The position numbers were made by a program, and so were the translations under genes. From assembly GCA_001642005.1 (NCBI GenBank), contig LWCA01000094.1, positions 1-56,586 of the forward strand: 56,586 nucleotides of DNA, read 5' to 3'. This document shows, piece after piece, positions 1 to 13,800 of the stretch. This DNA comes from Intoshia linei (Eukaryota > Animalia > Orthonectida). The notes under the pieces are model-generated. The model made no database searches. It was given only the letters and a program-made list of their open reading frames with translations, and was not told the DNA's origin. The first letter of the stretch is position 1. Every line of letters begins with the position of its first letter.

Positions 1-472
1 TTAATTAATTGTAGTGATATTAAGTTTATATATGTTTCGTTTCTATGGTACTGTGTTGAGCACGAGTAACGTTTTGACCTCAGAGTCGCCACTGTTAAAT
101 TTGTACTTAAATTCCAAGTTTTGTAAATTTTTTTGGACATTTTCATTCAAAGGCATGATACATATAAAAGAGTTTATATGTGGGAAGTGCCCATTGGGGA
201 CTTATCAATTTTATACTTCAATGCTTGGGACATTTCTATTATAAATTGTTATACACGTTTATCTAACTCTCTGGCTGACTCATACTCACTATATATTTAA
301 AAATGTAGAGGCATATACCACGAAAAAATTAGAATGTAAACAATTTATGATTTCCATGATAATATTTTTCCAATAACTTCCATAATAGACCTAATTTTGA
401 AAATTTGAAGGGTTCACAATGTTATATAAACTTTAAGAATCACTGGGTTAGATACTTATTGTTTTTTTATAG

Positions 473-1467
473 GTTGGTTTCCCGAATTCTGGAAAATCTT
501 CATTATTGAAGTGTATTTCTAATGCCAATCCAAAAATTGCTGCTTATCCTTTCACCACAATAAACCCTTCTGTTGGAATTATTGAAGAAGATATCGAAGA
601 TGTCGACCAACTGCAAATATCGGGTAATATTTAATATTACAAGCAGTGTACTACTTGTTCACCTAAAATGATTAAACGTGGCATACTTTATTGATCCTGT
701 TTTATAAAATTTTCCAATATAAAAATACTAAAAATGTTATACAAAAGGTACTTGTTGGGTGCTTACTGAAAATCTTTAATATTCAAATTGTAGTATAAGT
801 TTTTGCGAAGAAAAGCTGCAAATTTAAGAAAAAAAGTTGTTTCAACCAAACAAAAAAAATCAAATGTAACTGAAAAATTGCTGACGGAAACGTTTAAGAA
901 ACACTTTACTAAGTTATAAAAATAATATATTTATGAACCTTCATATTTTTTAAAAACTTGCAAACATTTATATTTCTTAATTTTTTTCAAAATTTAGACT
1001 CTAATAACTAACATTTTATAAATAGAAATTAAATTAACTTCACCTAATTATTTCACAAAAAATTTTGATTAATCTTATTTTATTTTTACTTTTTAGTAGC
1101 AGATTTGCCTGGAATAATTGAAGGGTCACATTTAAACATAGGACGTGGAATATCTTTTTTAAAGCATATAAAACGGTGTCGAAAATTAATTTACGTGATA
1201 AATTTGTCTGAAAAAGAACATGGAAGTGTAATTTCACAATTTGAAAAATTAAATTTTGAATTGACAAAATTTGACGAGAAATTGAATAAAAGGCCATGCA
1301 TGTTAATTGCAAATAAATTGGATTTAATTGAACCAAAAAATGAAAAAATTTTAACAAAACATTTAACAAAATTGAATATTCCGCTTGTCACAACTAGTGC
1401 CATAAACAATATTAATGTGGACATTTTAAAAGTGTCTATACGAAAATTTGTAAATGAAACTAAATAA
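473..1467 (+). CDS. MTG2: Obg-family GTPase, mitochondrial MTG2/GTPBP5-like; last two exons (473-623, 1097-1467), 5' exons not in window or not recognised
   Basis: Spliced translation [25 protein letters not shown]|[24 protein letters not shown] gives G1-G5 motifs; phase-1 GT-AG intron 624-1096. YPFTT, RC and RP..ANKxD fit MTG2 better than GTPBP10 (from recalled sequences). Confidence 0.85.
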
Positions 1468-1733
1468 ATCTTGTTAACCAAAATTATATAATACAAATTG
1501 TATTTGTATTTGTATTTAAACATTTTTAATTGTACATTTGTATATATAAAACATGTGTATTTTTAGAGTAATTTTGAACTCAGTAGTGCATAATGCGGAT
1601 ATTAGTGACGACCTATTTGTTAGTAACTATATTGGATTTATATTAACATGTAAATATGTTTAAATTGAAATAGGTTTAATATTCATTCATTCGTTTATGA
1701 ACGATTGGAGTTAAACTTTAACTTGAATTTGAA

Positions 1734-4700
1734 ATGTGTGATTCCAAAGAAGATTGCCAGAAACAGTTGACAAATAACATGTCACTTATTGCTATCACTA
1801 GTCATTTTGCTCAGGTCCAATTTCGTTTGAAGCAAATTGTGGATTCTAATGATTCGGATAAAGTGGTATATTTTTAATATGTCAATTTGAAATTTAACAA
1901 AACTTTAGAAATTAATACAAGAATTGGAAGAATTTGCATTTAGTGGTTGTGAAATGAATGTAAAAGTAATTAAATGAAAATGCCAAATTAATGTTAGTTT
2001 AAATATTTTAGGCTATTCACTTAAAAAGTGACTATAATAAAATGATTACTAATCTGAAAGCTAAAATTGCAGATTTGGAAACATTTGCATATGGTATGGG
2101 TTACGGAGATTTACCGACATTTATGATTCTTGAAAAACATACCCAGCTTATTAAACAGTTGAAGAAAAAACTTAATCTAGACTTGGAAAATATTATTGAC
2201 AAGGATCAAACTGATTTGAATAATATTTTGGAAAAATACATGCAATCTCTTTTAAAACCTAATATTGTTCAACAAAAACTTATTGACCAGTTAATGACAC
2301 AAGTTCGAGATTTGGAACAGTACATACGATTCATTTCAAATGAAAAGAGTAAATTTACAACAGTTACACCTACAAACCATTTTAAAAAAGACGCCAAAAA
2401 TGTTAATTTGTATTCCGTTTTTTGGTCTTACTTTTCATCTTTCATTGAGAGCATTATTTTTTGCACCAAATCTCATTCTTCAATTATTGACCTCAAATTT
2501 AATGAAATTAATATTCATAGGTAATATTTCTATTTCAGATTGTATTTCAATTTCCTTCATTTTAAATTTTAATGTATGAAAAAAAATCTTTAATGAATAG
2601 TGATTTGTGATCATTGGTCAATGATTTTATATTTAAACGAATTTGTGGGATGAATATATACGTTTTAAGTCAATTATGAATTAATGCGTTTTTAAAATTA
2701 CCAAAAAAATTTTGTTAATTAACAAATTATATTTACTTTGGAATGTAATTTCCTTAATGAGATTTAAAACATGATTAATTTCTAAAGTAAATAAATTCTT
2801 ACCTTTTAATTAAATTTATCGAAAATTTATCTTACTGTTTAAGGTAAAATCCAATATTGGAATAAAGTAGTAGATACATATTATTTTATCACAAATAGTG
2901 TAGATAAGAAATTACCTGTCAAAAAATTCCGCCCATTCAATATGATGGCATCATTTATTTCATGATACTAGAAATTACATTGTAATGTTATTAATCATTT
3001 TCATGAAATTGAATAAAATATTACCTGTTATATGAAATTGGCGCAATTTAATTCATTTGGATACTAAATTTAATTTTTTAATGATTTTTTAATTTTAGAC
3101 ATTTACTCGAATCGTTGCATTTATCTACATCAAAAATGATTACACCAATTAGAAATTATGTAATTTTTAAAGTAATGTATCTAGATTAGGGTGCACAAAT
3201 CGCGGCAGTGGGCAATCCATGTGATCATAATGCAATATGTCATTTTACTTCAAATTGAAAAGTTTAAATCAGATTTTATTCAAGGGCTATTTAAAATAAT
3301 TTGATCAAAAAGTTACATTTTTGGTTTTGGTACACTTTCTGATAAACCATTATATTGTCTCCATTTAAAAGTAAATTTTGTTCTGCCGTATTATCTATGA
3401 GTAAAGTAGCTTTTTGATTGATTTGGTGGAAAGGTGAGCACCCCTGATCTAGATTCTAGACTCTGACCTATTATTTTTAATTAAAACTGACTTTTTAAAT
3501 GTCATGTCTTGTCTGTTAATTCATCGTTCAATTTGTTAATTTTATTTAAATAGATGACTAAACCAACAACAAAAAATGAAAGAAAGTTGGTCAGGTGTAC
3601 CATAAAAAATTTTTACATATCGCTCCACAATATTTTACGATATGGATTAAATTATGAATTAAAGGATACCGAATATACATTTTCTCTTTATCCTTGTAAA
3701 GACAAACTACAAGAAAATATTGTAACAAATTCTCATTTTTGGTTAATACTTCTTGAATTTTATCGCATAGAACAGGGTGATTTGGAAACTATTAAACCAT
3801 CATTTTTACTTCAAGAAGCGTTCAATATTGATTTGTCTGTTTGTAATGAAAGTTCTGATGATAAAATTGTAAACTTTTTAGGATACGCAATTTATTTATA
3901 CGTCCATTATTTTTTTTTGGTTTTAATAACTGAATCGATGGATAACTAGCTAAATGAGACAAATAGAAACACAGTACATGATACGTATACAGAGTCGTGT
4001 CAGAGCAGGGCGGTAACATGGTCCGATCAGATGAAAATATTGAGTCCCTATATACAAGTAAATAAAAATTGGACTATTATCCATTGATATCGTTTATTTA
4101 TGTTGATTTAATCAACAATTATCATAATTACTAATGACTCATAAAGGTTCACCTTAAAGTTTAATTGAAACTCAGTTTTTTAAATTAGCATAATATTGTG
4201 TGCCAGGTTTAGTTTATATACTAAGCACGTATTGAGTATTCTGTATAGAAAATTTTAATTTTTCACATACAATCTTTTACATAAAATTGAATTTTTGTGT
4301 GTTGCCGCAAAAATTTAATTTAATTTAAAAGTGAATAGTGATAGCATGTTAAAATTCAAAATCTTATAAAATATTTCAAGACTTACAATATCGCAAATTT
4401 TATTTTCTGAATGCGAAATAGATATTTTCAGGGTTAAAAACAGAAGTTTTGATAAAAAATAAATAAGATTCATTGAATTAAAAAAAATCATTACTCATAA
4501 ACCCCAACCTCCAAAGTTCCAGCCCACAGAAAATGAAAAATAGTACCTAAAAAATTTGCAAACGAATTTTAATGTCATATAACCCCTACCACATCTTCAA
4601 GGGTCTTGATTAGGCAGTTTTAAGTCAACATACTAAATAATTATGATATTCTAAAATATTCTTTTAATTATCAATTTGAAAAAATGGGCTTCATTTTATG

Positions 4701-7013
4701 AAAATTTTGTCGAGGTCGCCCAAAAAGGGATCTCGGAATTCTGTAAAAATTTTTATATTTTGATATTGAAGAATCTTAGATTTTTAAAAACAAGCAATTC
4801 TGAGTGAATTAAAGAGTTTTTAAAATCATAAATATTATCATTAATAAAAAATCAACAAATTTGACTAAATTTTTAAAATTTTTTCTATTAAGTGTCATTC
4901 TAATATTTCAGATCAATTGTCTCTCTTAGGGGGAAATTGAATATTCAGAAATTAATTCGTTAAAAAATAAATTAATGATTCGAGTGCTAAAGGTGCATAG
5001 TATGCACTGGATATGCTGAAAAATTAATAACAAAATGTTGGTCAAACATGTGCAATTCATTAAACTCGGACAAAGATCTATTAGCATTCTGTTACTTTTT
5101 GTATTAACGTAATTGTGTAAAAGTGGATTTTCTACTCTATTTGACATAAAAAATCAAAAAAGAAGCGGATTAAATGTTGAAGACGATTTACGTTGTGTTC
5201 TTTTTTCTACTTAACCTCGTATTTTTGAATAAACAAAAAACTGCTCAAAAATATCATTAATCATTGTCACATACCAAGAGAGTGACTGATAGAGATTAAT
5301 TTAGAAATTAACTACTTTAATTGGAAATATTTTTATTTACTTAAAATAAAATCAATGTCCCCCCTATCTCGATTTTCTTCTCCTACACTCCATACCTTGT
5401 CTCGGACCATTTCTATCGTCGGAATCTTTTTGTATACTCTTGCTCTTGAATATCCAGTAAGTTGATTTCTCTGAAAAATTTTAACGGTTAGGTAGTCATG
5501 AAGGTGCATTCTCATTCTATAGTTTTAAAAAAAGATTCTAATTTTAGAATTACCCTTCATTTAATTTTTTTAAATTTTTGTAAATTCATGGTCATTTTGG
5601 ACACTTAATCTGGTGAAATGTACTTAAAAATTTTCTATTATTGTCAATTTTTAAAATGCCATTACAGAGTGGACCATATAATGATTATGTATTCATATTA
5701 TTGTATATTTTAGGATCTATTGTGTGTAATAAAAAAAGCCCACCAAGGAAATGTATTACTTACAAAATCCATGGCAACGAAAAGACTTAGTGCTGACTTT
5801 CACCTTCGAACATTCATATTTATTGCCTTAAAGTAATAATATTTAATCGTACAGCCCTTATATCATTATTGTTGAATTTAGTGGTCCTTGAAATGTTTGA
5901 AATATTTTCAGAAACCTTTTTTATAATTTTTTTTATGCTCCAACCTTCTCATTAAATGTATTTAGTGTTATGTAATTAAATAATGAAGTGAATATAATAA
6001 TGTTGGTTAAACTGTATTGAATAGATTCTGGACCCTGAAAGAGGATAACGACTCATTATCTTTTTAAGGGATGGGCAAATTTTTAATAATGATAATTTCG
6101 TGAATACCAAATTTATCCTTTACCTATTTAAGATTGAAAGAATTTGTGTGCGCTACTGTTTAGTTAAAAAATTAGCTTTCTAAAATTTAAAAAAACCCTT
6201 TTACTAAAATAGTTTTTCGAAACTCATGTTTTTTGGCAAAGTTTATTAACAGGAATTGAGGCCTTCAAGGCCGAAAACTTTAATCACTCTTATATCAATG
6301 AAAAAGCCTAGAATTTAAAAAAATAAATTATAGAACAGTTTTTAAATAATTGATAATTTGTAAGAATTTATAGTTTACTTTACAATACATTTTATGATAA
6401 CAATGAAAAAAATTTAATAAAATGTTAAATTTCATAGCGAACACGAGGATGATGACCTCTGGAACAGTTAATTAGTCTTTTTTTAGAATTATATAAATTA
6501 AGTCGCTGAAGGGTTTTTGAAATACAATATTGGTCCAACATGCCAACGTACGATAAATGTCGACTTTCAAAATTTATTTTCCTGAGACTTAATAATAAAT
6601 TAAAATAAAAGAAAATGCAAAAAGAAAGAACGGTTAATTATCATTATAGTAAAACACAAAAATTATCGTCAACCTTAACATCTAAATTCTTTTTATATTG
6701 GTCACTCAAATGATTATCAGGCTGATTCTAGACAGTATAATTATAATTGTCGATTTAGTTTAAAGAAATTATCATTATGGATAAAGATTATTTGGAAATC
6801 TAGGATAAGTATTTTATATGGTAAAAACAGCTTTATGAATTCCAATAGTAATTTCCATTTTTTTAATTTACAACTTTGTTTGTAAATTTAAACTAATATT
6901 AAAAATTAGATTGTACATTATTTTTGAACACATTAACCAAATTTGAAGAAGAAATGAAAAATTTAACCTTACCTTTAAACGTCTTACAAAAATACAACGT
7001 AAACACAAACTGA
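1734..7013 (+). CDS. RUNDC1: RUN domain-containing protein 1; exons 1734-1865, 1909-1965, 2012-2520, 3099-3159, 3554-3868, 5714-5832, 6759-6847, 6910-7013
   Basis: Family motifs SLIAITSHFAQVQFRLKQIV, LIQELEEFAFSGC, LIDQLMTQVRDLEQYIRFI, KRLSADFHLRTFIFIALN, LSLWIKII; all junctions GT-AG and phase-compatible; TGA at 7011-7013. Confidence 0.9.
3187..3446. mobile_element. hAT (Buster/Charlie-type) MITE in RUNDC1 intron
   Basis: Imperfect TIRs TAGGGTGCAC / GTGAGCACCCCTG; perfect 8-bp TSD ATCTAGAT (3179-3186, 3447-3454). Confidence 0.8.
4930..5235 (+). pseudogene. Decayed hAT Buster/ZBED5-FAM200-type transposase C-terminal fragment in RUNDC1 intron
   Basis: Frame reads FVLT*LCKSGFSTLFDIKNQKRSGLNVEDDLRCVLFST*PRI, matching the TYLCESGFS..KTKxRNRL.VEDDLR hAT dimerisation region, with stops. 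Confidence 0.75.
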
Positions 7014-7395
7014 TACCGGTATTGTTGTTTATTGCCTTATTTCATTTTTACTTTGTTGCTACTATTAAATGTTGCATTTTCTTTCTATTTATTGATAAAA
7101 TGTGTGTATTTTTACTTTTGATAACTTGAACCTCATCATGTTGTATAACATTTAAAAAATATAGTTACAGTTGGATCCGTTTGAATATGATTGGTTCATT
7201 TTATGCAAAAATATTCTAATGACAGTCTATTCCAAAACCGTCACTTTCGCTTTCTAATCTAATTCAATCTTCAAATATAAACTACATGTGCCTACAGTTA
7301 ATGTTATGTAGTTTCTGGGCCGACTCTGATTTTTCATAAAATTCATAGAGTTTATAATTTTATTACTTTATAGTTCAACTTTTAACTTTTTATCT

Positions 7396-7720
7396 CAGAG
7401 GTCGGTAACCTTTTGGATCTCGTGGGTCACTTTTTTATATCAAAAAATTATACGGCTAGTTTTTGAAAATTTCCACATGATACGTTTCAATTTTGACTGA
7501 AGTTTAAACGGTTCTAATATATTTAACAAAATAAAATCTAGGGCGATCCGAAAATTCAGTATTAAAATGATTATAATGAGCCAATTATAGTAGAAAATGT
7601 TTAAAACAGTGTTTAAAAATTGAAATATTTCAAATAATAATTTATATATATACTCAAAGGGGCACCAAAATTATTCTGTGGCCCACTTTTAGTCCGCTGG
7701 CCACTGGTTGCCGACCCCTG
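7396..7720. mobile_element. hAT MITE between RUNDC1 and Zic
   Basis: TIRs CAGAGGTCGGTAACC / GGTTGCCGACCCCTG; TSD TTTTATCT vs CTTTATCT (7/8). Confidence 0.8.
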
Positions 7721-7866
7721 CTTTATCTCAATCAAAAATGTTTTTATTTTTATTTAACAAATAAATACAAACATAATTTTACACAAAATTTTATAACAAA
7801 ATTTATTAACAAAAGAAACTTTGAAATGTAAACGGAATATATACACATTTTTTAAAAAAATTAATA

Positions 7867-10800
7867 TTAATGAATTTTAATGTGTTTTCTTAAAGAGGAT
7901 GGATGAGCATATCTTTTATCGCATTTAGTACATTTATAATTTCTATCATTTGTATGGACGTGACCATGTTTTTTTCGGTCTGATGAATTTGCAAATCTTC
8001 TATTGCATCCTTCAAATGAACATTCAAATGGTTTTTCTCCTAAATTTAATAATTAGCCATTTATATAATTATAACCATTTTTAGAAAATTATAAAATAAC
8101 ATTATAATTTTATGAATATTGAAATATGTGTCATTTTTTATTTCAATCCATTGTTAATCTAATATAGTTAAATAATTTTAAAAAATGCTTAATTTGTCAT
8201 CAACGGTAAATGTAACCACATTAGTGATTAATTTTATGCAATACATTAATTAAAAACATTCACCGATTCATTATGATATAATCTCAATACATAAAGTTAT
8301 TTTACCTTATCTCATCGTATACATTTATCATTTGCTACTTAAATCGCTACACTAATCATGAAAATTTCGTAGATTTTTTTTGGGTTTAAAATATATTATA
8401 AATCAATAATTTTAAACCTTTTGTTATATCTACGCTGATATTATTAAAACCGTTTTGCGAACTGACAGTTTTAATTAAAAATAAAAGTATTTTACCTTGA
8501 ATTATTAAGTGATCAAACAAAAACAAACTCAATATGGATACCATTAAAAAAATACTAATTGTAAGATAATAATCATTAAAAGTTAATTATAATTAACTTT
8601 ATAGTTTTAACGTGATTTTTAATGTTTTATTTTGACGCATTTATTCACTGTTTGAATCATTGCATCATTGTTTGAAAAATGGGGTCCGTGCAGGACTCCA
8701 GTATAAATGATAATTATTACTATTGATAATAACATACACATATTGATATACAATGTATATCAAAACCGATTGATTATTTTAATAATTTTTTATATGGAGA
8801 TGTCGATACCAAAAAATAGTAAAAAATATTGTAATAACTGTAAAATATAATACATTAATATGTTATTCAAAAGTTAATGTCAGTATTGCAAACCATTAAT
8901 GACTTAATTTTTCTCTTAAATATCCGTGAACCCGGTTAAGAACATTTATATACTTAAACATGTAAATTAAAATAAAATTAAACCTGTGTGAATTCGTTTG
9001 TGGATTTTTAAATTTTCACTTCTAGCAAATGATTTTCCACAATCTGGAAATGTACACGGAAATGGTTTTTCTCCGGTGTGTACTCTAATATGGTTGACTA
9101 ATTTATAACGTGCTTTAAACGGTTTTGATACACGGATACAGTCTTTCCTAAAAAATAGAATTAATTTTAAAAAAAATTTTTAATACTGTTTTATACGTCT
9201 GCGATAATATTATATTTTTTAGAAGCTATTTTACTTTAATAGGTTATATACTATGATGTCGTGTTTTATACAGTGTATGCGATTGAAACTTGCCATTAAC
9301 CTCATTTTCTGATTTTACACATCCATAACAGAAGTTCAGCTATTAATTCGATAAAACTACCGTACTTAGTACCGTTATCAATTAAATTAAACACGTTTTG
9401 CGAATTGAATAAACTAAATACCTACTTTTTACGAGTTTGATACAGTATATAGTTATCAATCTAACCAAAAATGTCAATTTCAATTTAAGAGAATAATTTT
9501 TTGGAAGTGGAATTTGTCGAGTTATAAGATTCTTAGATTCTGTCTTAATTTTATTTTCATATAATTAATAACAGTTTTATTATTAACATCTCAAACTGTT
9601 CTCAGTTACATTCAATCAATGTTTGCGCTCGATTATTACACATTACATTATATTATATAAATATTGCATCAGTCAACCTCAATTTTTATTTACATTAAAA
9701 TATAATTAATTATTATGTACATTGTACATATAAATAGATTCAAATACATGTATATTTAAGGTTATACATGAAACTAAAATTAGTCCCTAGATAAATTTTA
9801 TATACATGTATGTTTCATCAACTTGATTCCTCATTTAAACTTTTAAAGTGGGGTGATGAAACGTGTTATTTTGAACAAGATGTGATGCTTGAAATATTCC
9901 AAATCTCAAAAAAATACTGAATTTTTGCATTTTAAAATAATTTTAATAAATTAAAATAAATAAACCTCACATACTTTCTAAAAATAGATTGTAGCGGTGT
10001 CCACATGTATTATTGCGTATCAGTAGTGTATTTATGATTTATTATATGATACATTGTCATGGGTATAAATAATATACTATTTTACCCAAAAATCCACTAG
10101 TACTCCACTTTAGAGACTCTTAATGCCCTTTCACGAATTACATTATTCAAATCATATTATTGTAATCGCTAGAAAATGGTTACTTTTGTCATTTTTATAA
10201 TTAAAATCGATTACTATGTTTATTAAATTTAATGACATATATAATTAATAATTATTACAATATATATTATTATTTATATATTAAAATTATTAAATTAAAG
10301 CTCGATTAATTGCTGTTTTCAAGAGTTTATTGAAGCTATCACTGTTCAAATAAATTTTAAAACGAATATAATAGATTAACGAATAAATAAAATTAATAAT
10401 TAAAGTGGTCTTACATTTGACTAACATCAAAAGCTTTTGCAAAAAATTATAATTAAATTTCCGTTTACTCCCCAACTCATTTTTAGATAGTCTAACTCAT
10501 GCATTCTCAACGGGGTCCACAGCACTTTTTTGGGGGTCCATGAAAATAATATACATTTATTACATATTATAGACATTTTCAATAACATAAAGTCGTTTTT
10601 TCAAAAAAAAGTTAATTTTATTTACTTAGTTGTTGATAAATACTGATAATAACGCAATTAACATTGGAGGTTTCTAGAAAAAATTAAAATTAAAATGTAT
10701 TATTGAAAATGATTCTCTTGTTTTTTACAGAATTGACAAGTCATTGTAGTTTTTGATGTTTTATATGATCAATTGCATAATATCTTATTAATAAGGTAAA

Positions 10801-13800
10801 ACTTTTCAATAGGTTGGTTTATTCTTCCCTCCAGATTGAATTTTTTTAGCTGGCACAAGGGTACATTTATTTTATGATAATGATGTTTCATCAACATCGT
10901 TATAATTCTACGTAGTTACCAAGACATTTCGAGCACAAACAGTAATCATATGGACTCTTTCTTTCATGATCAGATTACTCTTTGATATAAGATATATCAA
11001 TATATATTTTGAAGGATTACCTTTTATTATCAGGTTTTAATTTGATATTTTAAATCGATGTCGTTTATAAGAATAAAAAAAGCTCAGAAATACTAATATA
11101 AAACGCACAAATCATGTAAAAGTAAATTATTTGGTATTAAATTAAATTATTTGCATTTGTAAACACTTATTGGGAAACATCCATTGTTCTATTTTAGGAG
11201 CATCGGTTTTATTTAATTATATTATTAAAATTATAATATTTTAAATAATTTTATTACAATTTATGACCGAGCCAAGTTTCTAATCATAAAAAAAGCTTAA
11301 AATTTTAAATTGAAAATGGGACAAAAAATCCGTCAATATTCATTATTCTATGAAACATCAGCCAAGGGATAAAAAATATTAATTTTTCACAGGGATGATA
11401 AATAATATAGACTTTTTATTGATCTAATAAATTAATACTGTAAACAATACCTGAAAAACATGTTTCATTTTTGGAAAATTGACGGGTTAAAGGTTAATAT
11501 TAATAGTTCATCAAGTTTATTATCTCGCAAAAATAGAGTATGTCTTTTGACCATCATTCGTTCCCCAAATGTAATGATTCATTAAACATTGTGATTATTA
11601 TAAATTTTTTTGGGGTCCACAGGTTTTTTTTAGTATTATCTTAGGGGTCCACAGCTAACTAGGTTGAGAATGCCTAATCTAACTTACCTGTATATAAAAA
11701 TAAAAATAAACTATCAGAAAAGAGCATAAAAGTAATATTTATTGATTGATGAATTACGGATAAAATCCAACGACTATAAAATACATTCCAATCAACATAA
11801 CGAAACTTAGAAAATGACTGGTTTAAACTTTGAATAATTATATGCAATCAAGGGTGATCGATTTGGTGGTACCAACCACCCTTTGCTGGTAACTTTTCTA
11901 ATACCAGCAAATTTATTTAAATGTATAAATGAATAATTTGTAAAATGTAAATTGAATACAATGACGCTTGTGAGTCTAACAAATTTTTAATGTTTAGAAT
12001 TAAGCACTCGGAAAAAATTATTTTTCTTACATGAATACTAAAATTTTGATAAAGTTTTTATTTTGTGGTTGGATTAAGAGTTTTTTCTCATAAATGTTTG
12101 GTAAAATCCAAGTTTTCAAAAAAATATGGGAAAAGATTGATTGATAAAATTGGATTTTTTATTGTGGAGTTGGATTAAAAGGTTTTTCTCATACAAAGTT
12201 TTTGGTAAAATCGTAAGAAGGTGGTTTTTACAGAAAGGGCTTGAAATGATATTTTTATTAAATATTATTATATTTTATTAATGTTATAATAAAATTGGGG
12301 TTTGTAAAATCATAATTTAAAGGTTTTCTAGACTTTTGGATAAAATACTAACATTTGGCAACTCTAAAGTTATATATTTTACAGAAATAACTAATTTTTT
12401 AATTTTTCTGATAATAAAACCAGAAATGCTGGCATTAATACCAGAGCCTTCTTAAGCCACTTCGTGGCCCTGGGCTAACCAAAGGATCGGAGGCCCTTTA
12501 AAGTTTTGAGCGAAGGAAAAAGTATTTAAAGCGCAGCGATAAAAAAATTTTAGGGCCCCTTTTTAGAAGCCTCTTTTTTGAAAATTAATAAAAGAAAATC
12601 AAATATTTCCTACATTCTTTTTTGAATATTCACTTAATAGAAAGGTTTCAATGTTTAATATTATCATTTGAAACAGTTTTTATGTGAATATTATATGATG
12701 AACTTTGTAGAATATATTTTAAATTGAATATTTACCAGAACTTTGATTTTTTAAACTATTTTTTCTAGCTATTTGAATTCCCACACTTCAAAACTTATAA
12801 ACTGTTTTTTAAGATATAAATATGAAGTATTTTTGAATTAATTGGGGCCTCTTTTTAAGATATAAGTGTAAAGTACTTGTATTAATATGGGGCCTTTTTT
12901 AATGAGGGCTTGGCTACAGTTCATATTGCCCATGCCTTAAAACGGCTCTGACTAATACCAACACGTGCTGGTAACACCTTTGTATATAATTGATTAATTG
13001 ACTGTATTAATGTAACATTGGATTAAAATTAAAATTAAAATGTAAAAAGATGCTTAAAATATATATTACAATGTACCAATATACCAAATGTACATTGTAA
13101 AATCATGCCAATTTAATGTCTAATCTGTTATTTATTAATGCATAATTGGCATCATGTAACACAACAGCTAACAGTTCGCCACATCATATTATTAAAATTA
13201 TTAGAAACTAACAATTTTAATTTACCAAAAGTTACTATACATAAAAATATGGACATAAAAAATTTTTAAATATAACATGAAAACAATTTTTAATGTATTC
13301 AAAGTAAATGCTCTGATGCGGAGATATTTCCAATTATTTAAAATTTTTATAACCTTTTTCTCTATTTTACATTGTAAATTTAATTGTGTTTTAAGTAGTA
13401 ATTTTAATTATAGAATTTTTATACATACCAATAACAAATGTGTATATTTGATTCATTAGTTTCAGAATGGCCAACATGCTGAGTTTGTAAATGGTTCACC
13501 AATTCTTTAAGTGTGTAAAATAATTTTCCGCAGAGTTTATTATCTATTTTTGGGTTAATCAACCATTTACACTAAAATTTATTATTACAAAATATTTAAA
13601 GTTAAAAATAAAAGACACAAGATTTAAATAAAAAGTAGAAAGCATCGACTGCATCACCGTCGAGAGGGCTAGGGTTTACTATTCTAAATTAATATATATT
13701 GAACCGGTTAAGAAAATAAGAAAGAAATTTAGGTTTAATTATTTTAATTTTTTACAGGGGTGCTAAATTTAAAAAGTGGTAAGAAACCCTAAGCTAAATA

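Noticed and set aside
1040-1523. Minus-strand ORFs 1040-1369 and 1191-1523 (also 2340-2579, 15330-15830, 40222-40461)
   Set aside because: Antisense or alternate-frame shadows of real exons with no recognisable motifs.
5333-5515. 60-aa minus-strand ORF in a GC-richer patch of a RUNDC1 intron
   Set aside because: No motif recognised; most likely TE debris.
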